Source of the DNA: Octopus sinensis
Lineage: Eukaryota
Reading direction: 5' to 3'
Assembly (NCBI RefSeq): GCF_006345805.1
Contig: NC_043015.1
Coordinates: 41,292,001-41,356,000, forward strand
Length of the DNA: 64,000 nt
Shown here: in pieces, positions 63,325-64,000 of the stretch
Position numbering within the stretch: position 1 is the stretch's first letter
How the letters are laid out: every line of letters starts with the position of its first letter
The notes under the pieces: model-generated
What the model was told of the DNA's origin: nothing
What the model saw: the letters and a program-made list of their open reading frames with translations, nothing else
The model's database searches: none
Translations under genes and position numbers: made by a program

Positions 63325-64000
63325 TAGAATGATAGATAGATAGATAGATATGTATTGAGTGGCTAAGTTTCCTTTGTGACACAAAAACTGGTTTTTAACT
63401 GGTCCTGCATCAAATGCATGCAAAACGACAGACTTCTGCACAGCAGTTGTTTACAAATTTCTGCCAACTAGGACAAACCAAGGCCATGCATAACTCACTT
63501 TTGTGCATTGAATTTATGAAATAAGAATATTTTAGAAGCTTTCTTATCTAAGAGTCATAAAATTTCCTTGCTTTAAGCTTTTGCACTGAAATTGTGGTTG
63601 TTTTAATAGCAACAATGTATAAGTAACATTATTAGTATTGTTATGGCTCAGTGGTTAGTGTGTCTGGCTCTGAGTCATGAGATAGTTCTTTCCCGGACTG
63701 GATGTTGTGTTCTTGAGCAAGACACTTTATTTCACATTGCTCCAGTTTACTCAGCTGTAGAAATGAGTTGCGACGTCACTGGTGCCAAGCTGTATTAGCC
63801 CCTTTGCCTTTCCCTTGGATAACATCGGTGGCATGGAGAAGGGAGGCTGGTATGCATGGGCGACTACTGGTCTTCCATAAACAACCTTGCCCGGACTTGT
63901 GCCTCAGAAGGTAACTTCTAAGTGCAATCCCATGGTCATTCATGACCGTAGGAGGTCTTGTATTGTCGTTATTATCAAAATGAAGATAATTAACTCATTA

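Overview
AT-rich, repeat-dense animal genomic DNA; the SINE families and extreme microsatellite load point to a coleoid cephalopod, probably Octopus (inference, no search run). The + strand carries the 3' part of one multi-exon gene (18 coding exons, 2714-47607, 859 aa + stop, 5' end outside the window). It encodes an F-BAR/RhoGAP protein of the ARHGAP45(HMHA1)/ARHGAP29(PARG1)/GMIP family with an intact arginine finger and a C-terminal PDZ-type tail (QPRFV), but apparently no C1 domain. All splice phases join without frameshift. The introns and 3' flank hold at least six SINE-like families, RTE/Tx1/Penelope/mariner remnants, MITEs (Tc1/mariner, hAT, piggyBac, Helentron-like), several long fold-back palindromes, a 2.6-kb 26-bp minisatellite and a ~740-bp tandem duplication. 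The most notable signal is minimal hammerhead-ribozyme-like motifs in at least three unrelated short elements, including a tRNA-headed SINE that has folded into a ~450-bp palindrome. Almost all long ORFs in the supplied track are microsatellite artefacts. No prokaryotic, CRISPR or rRNA features were seen.
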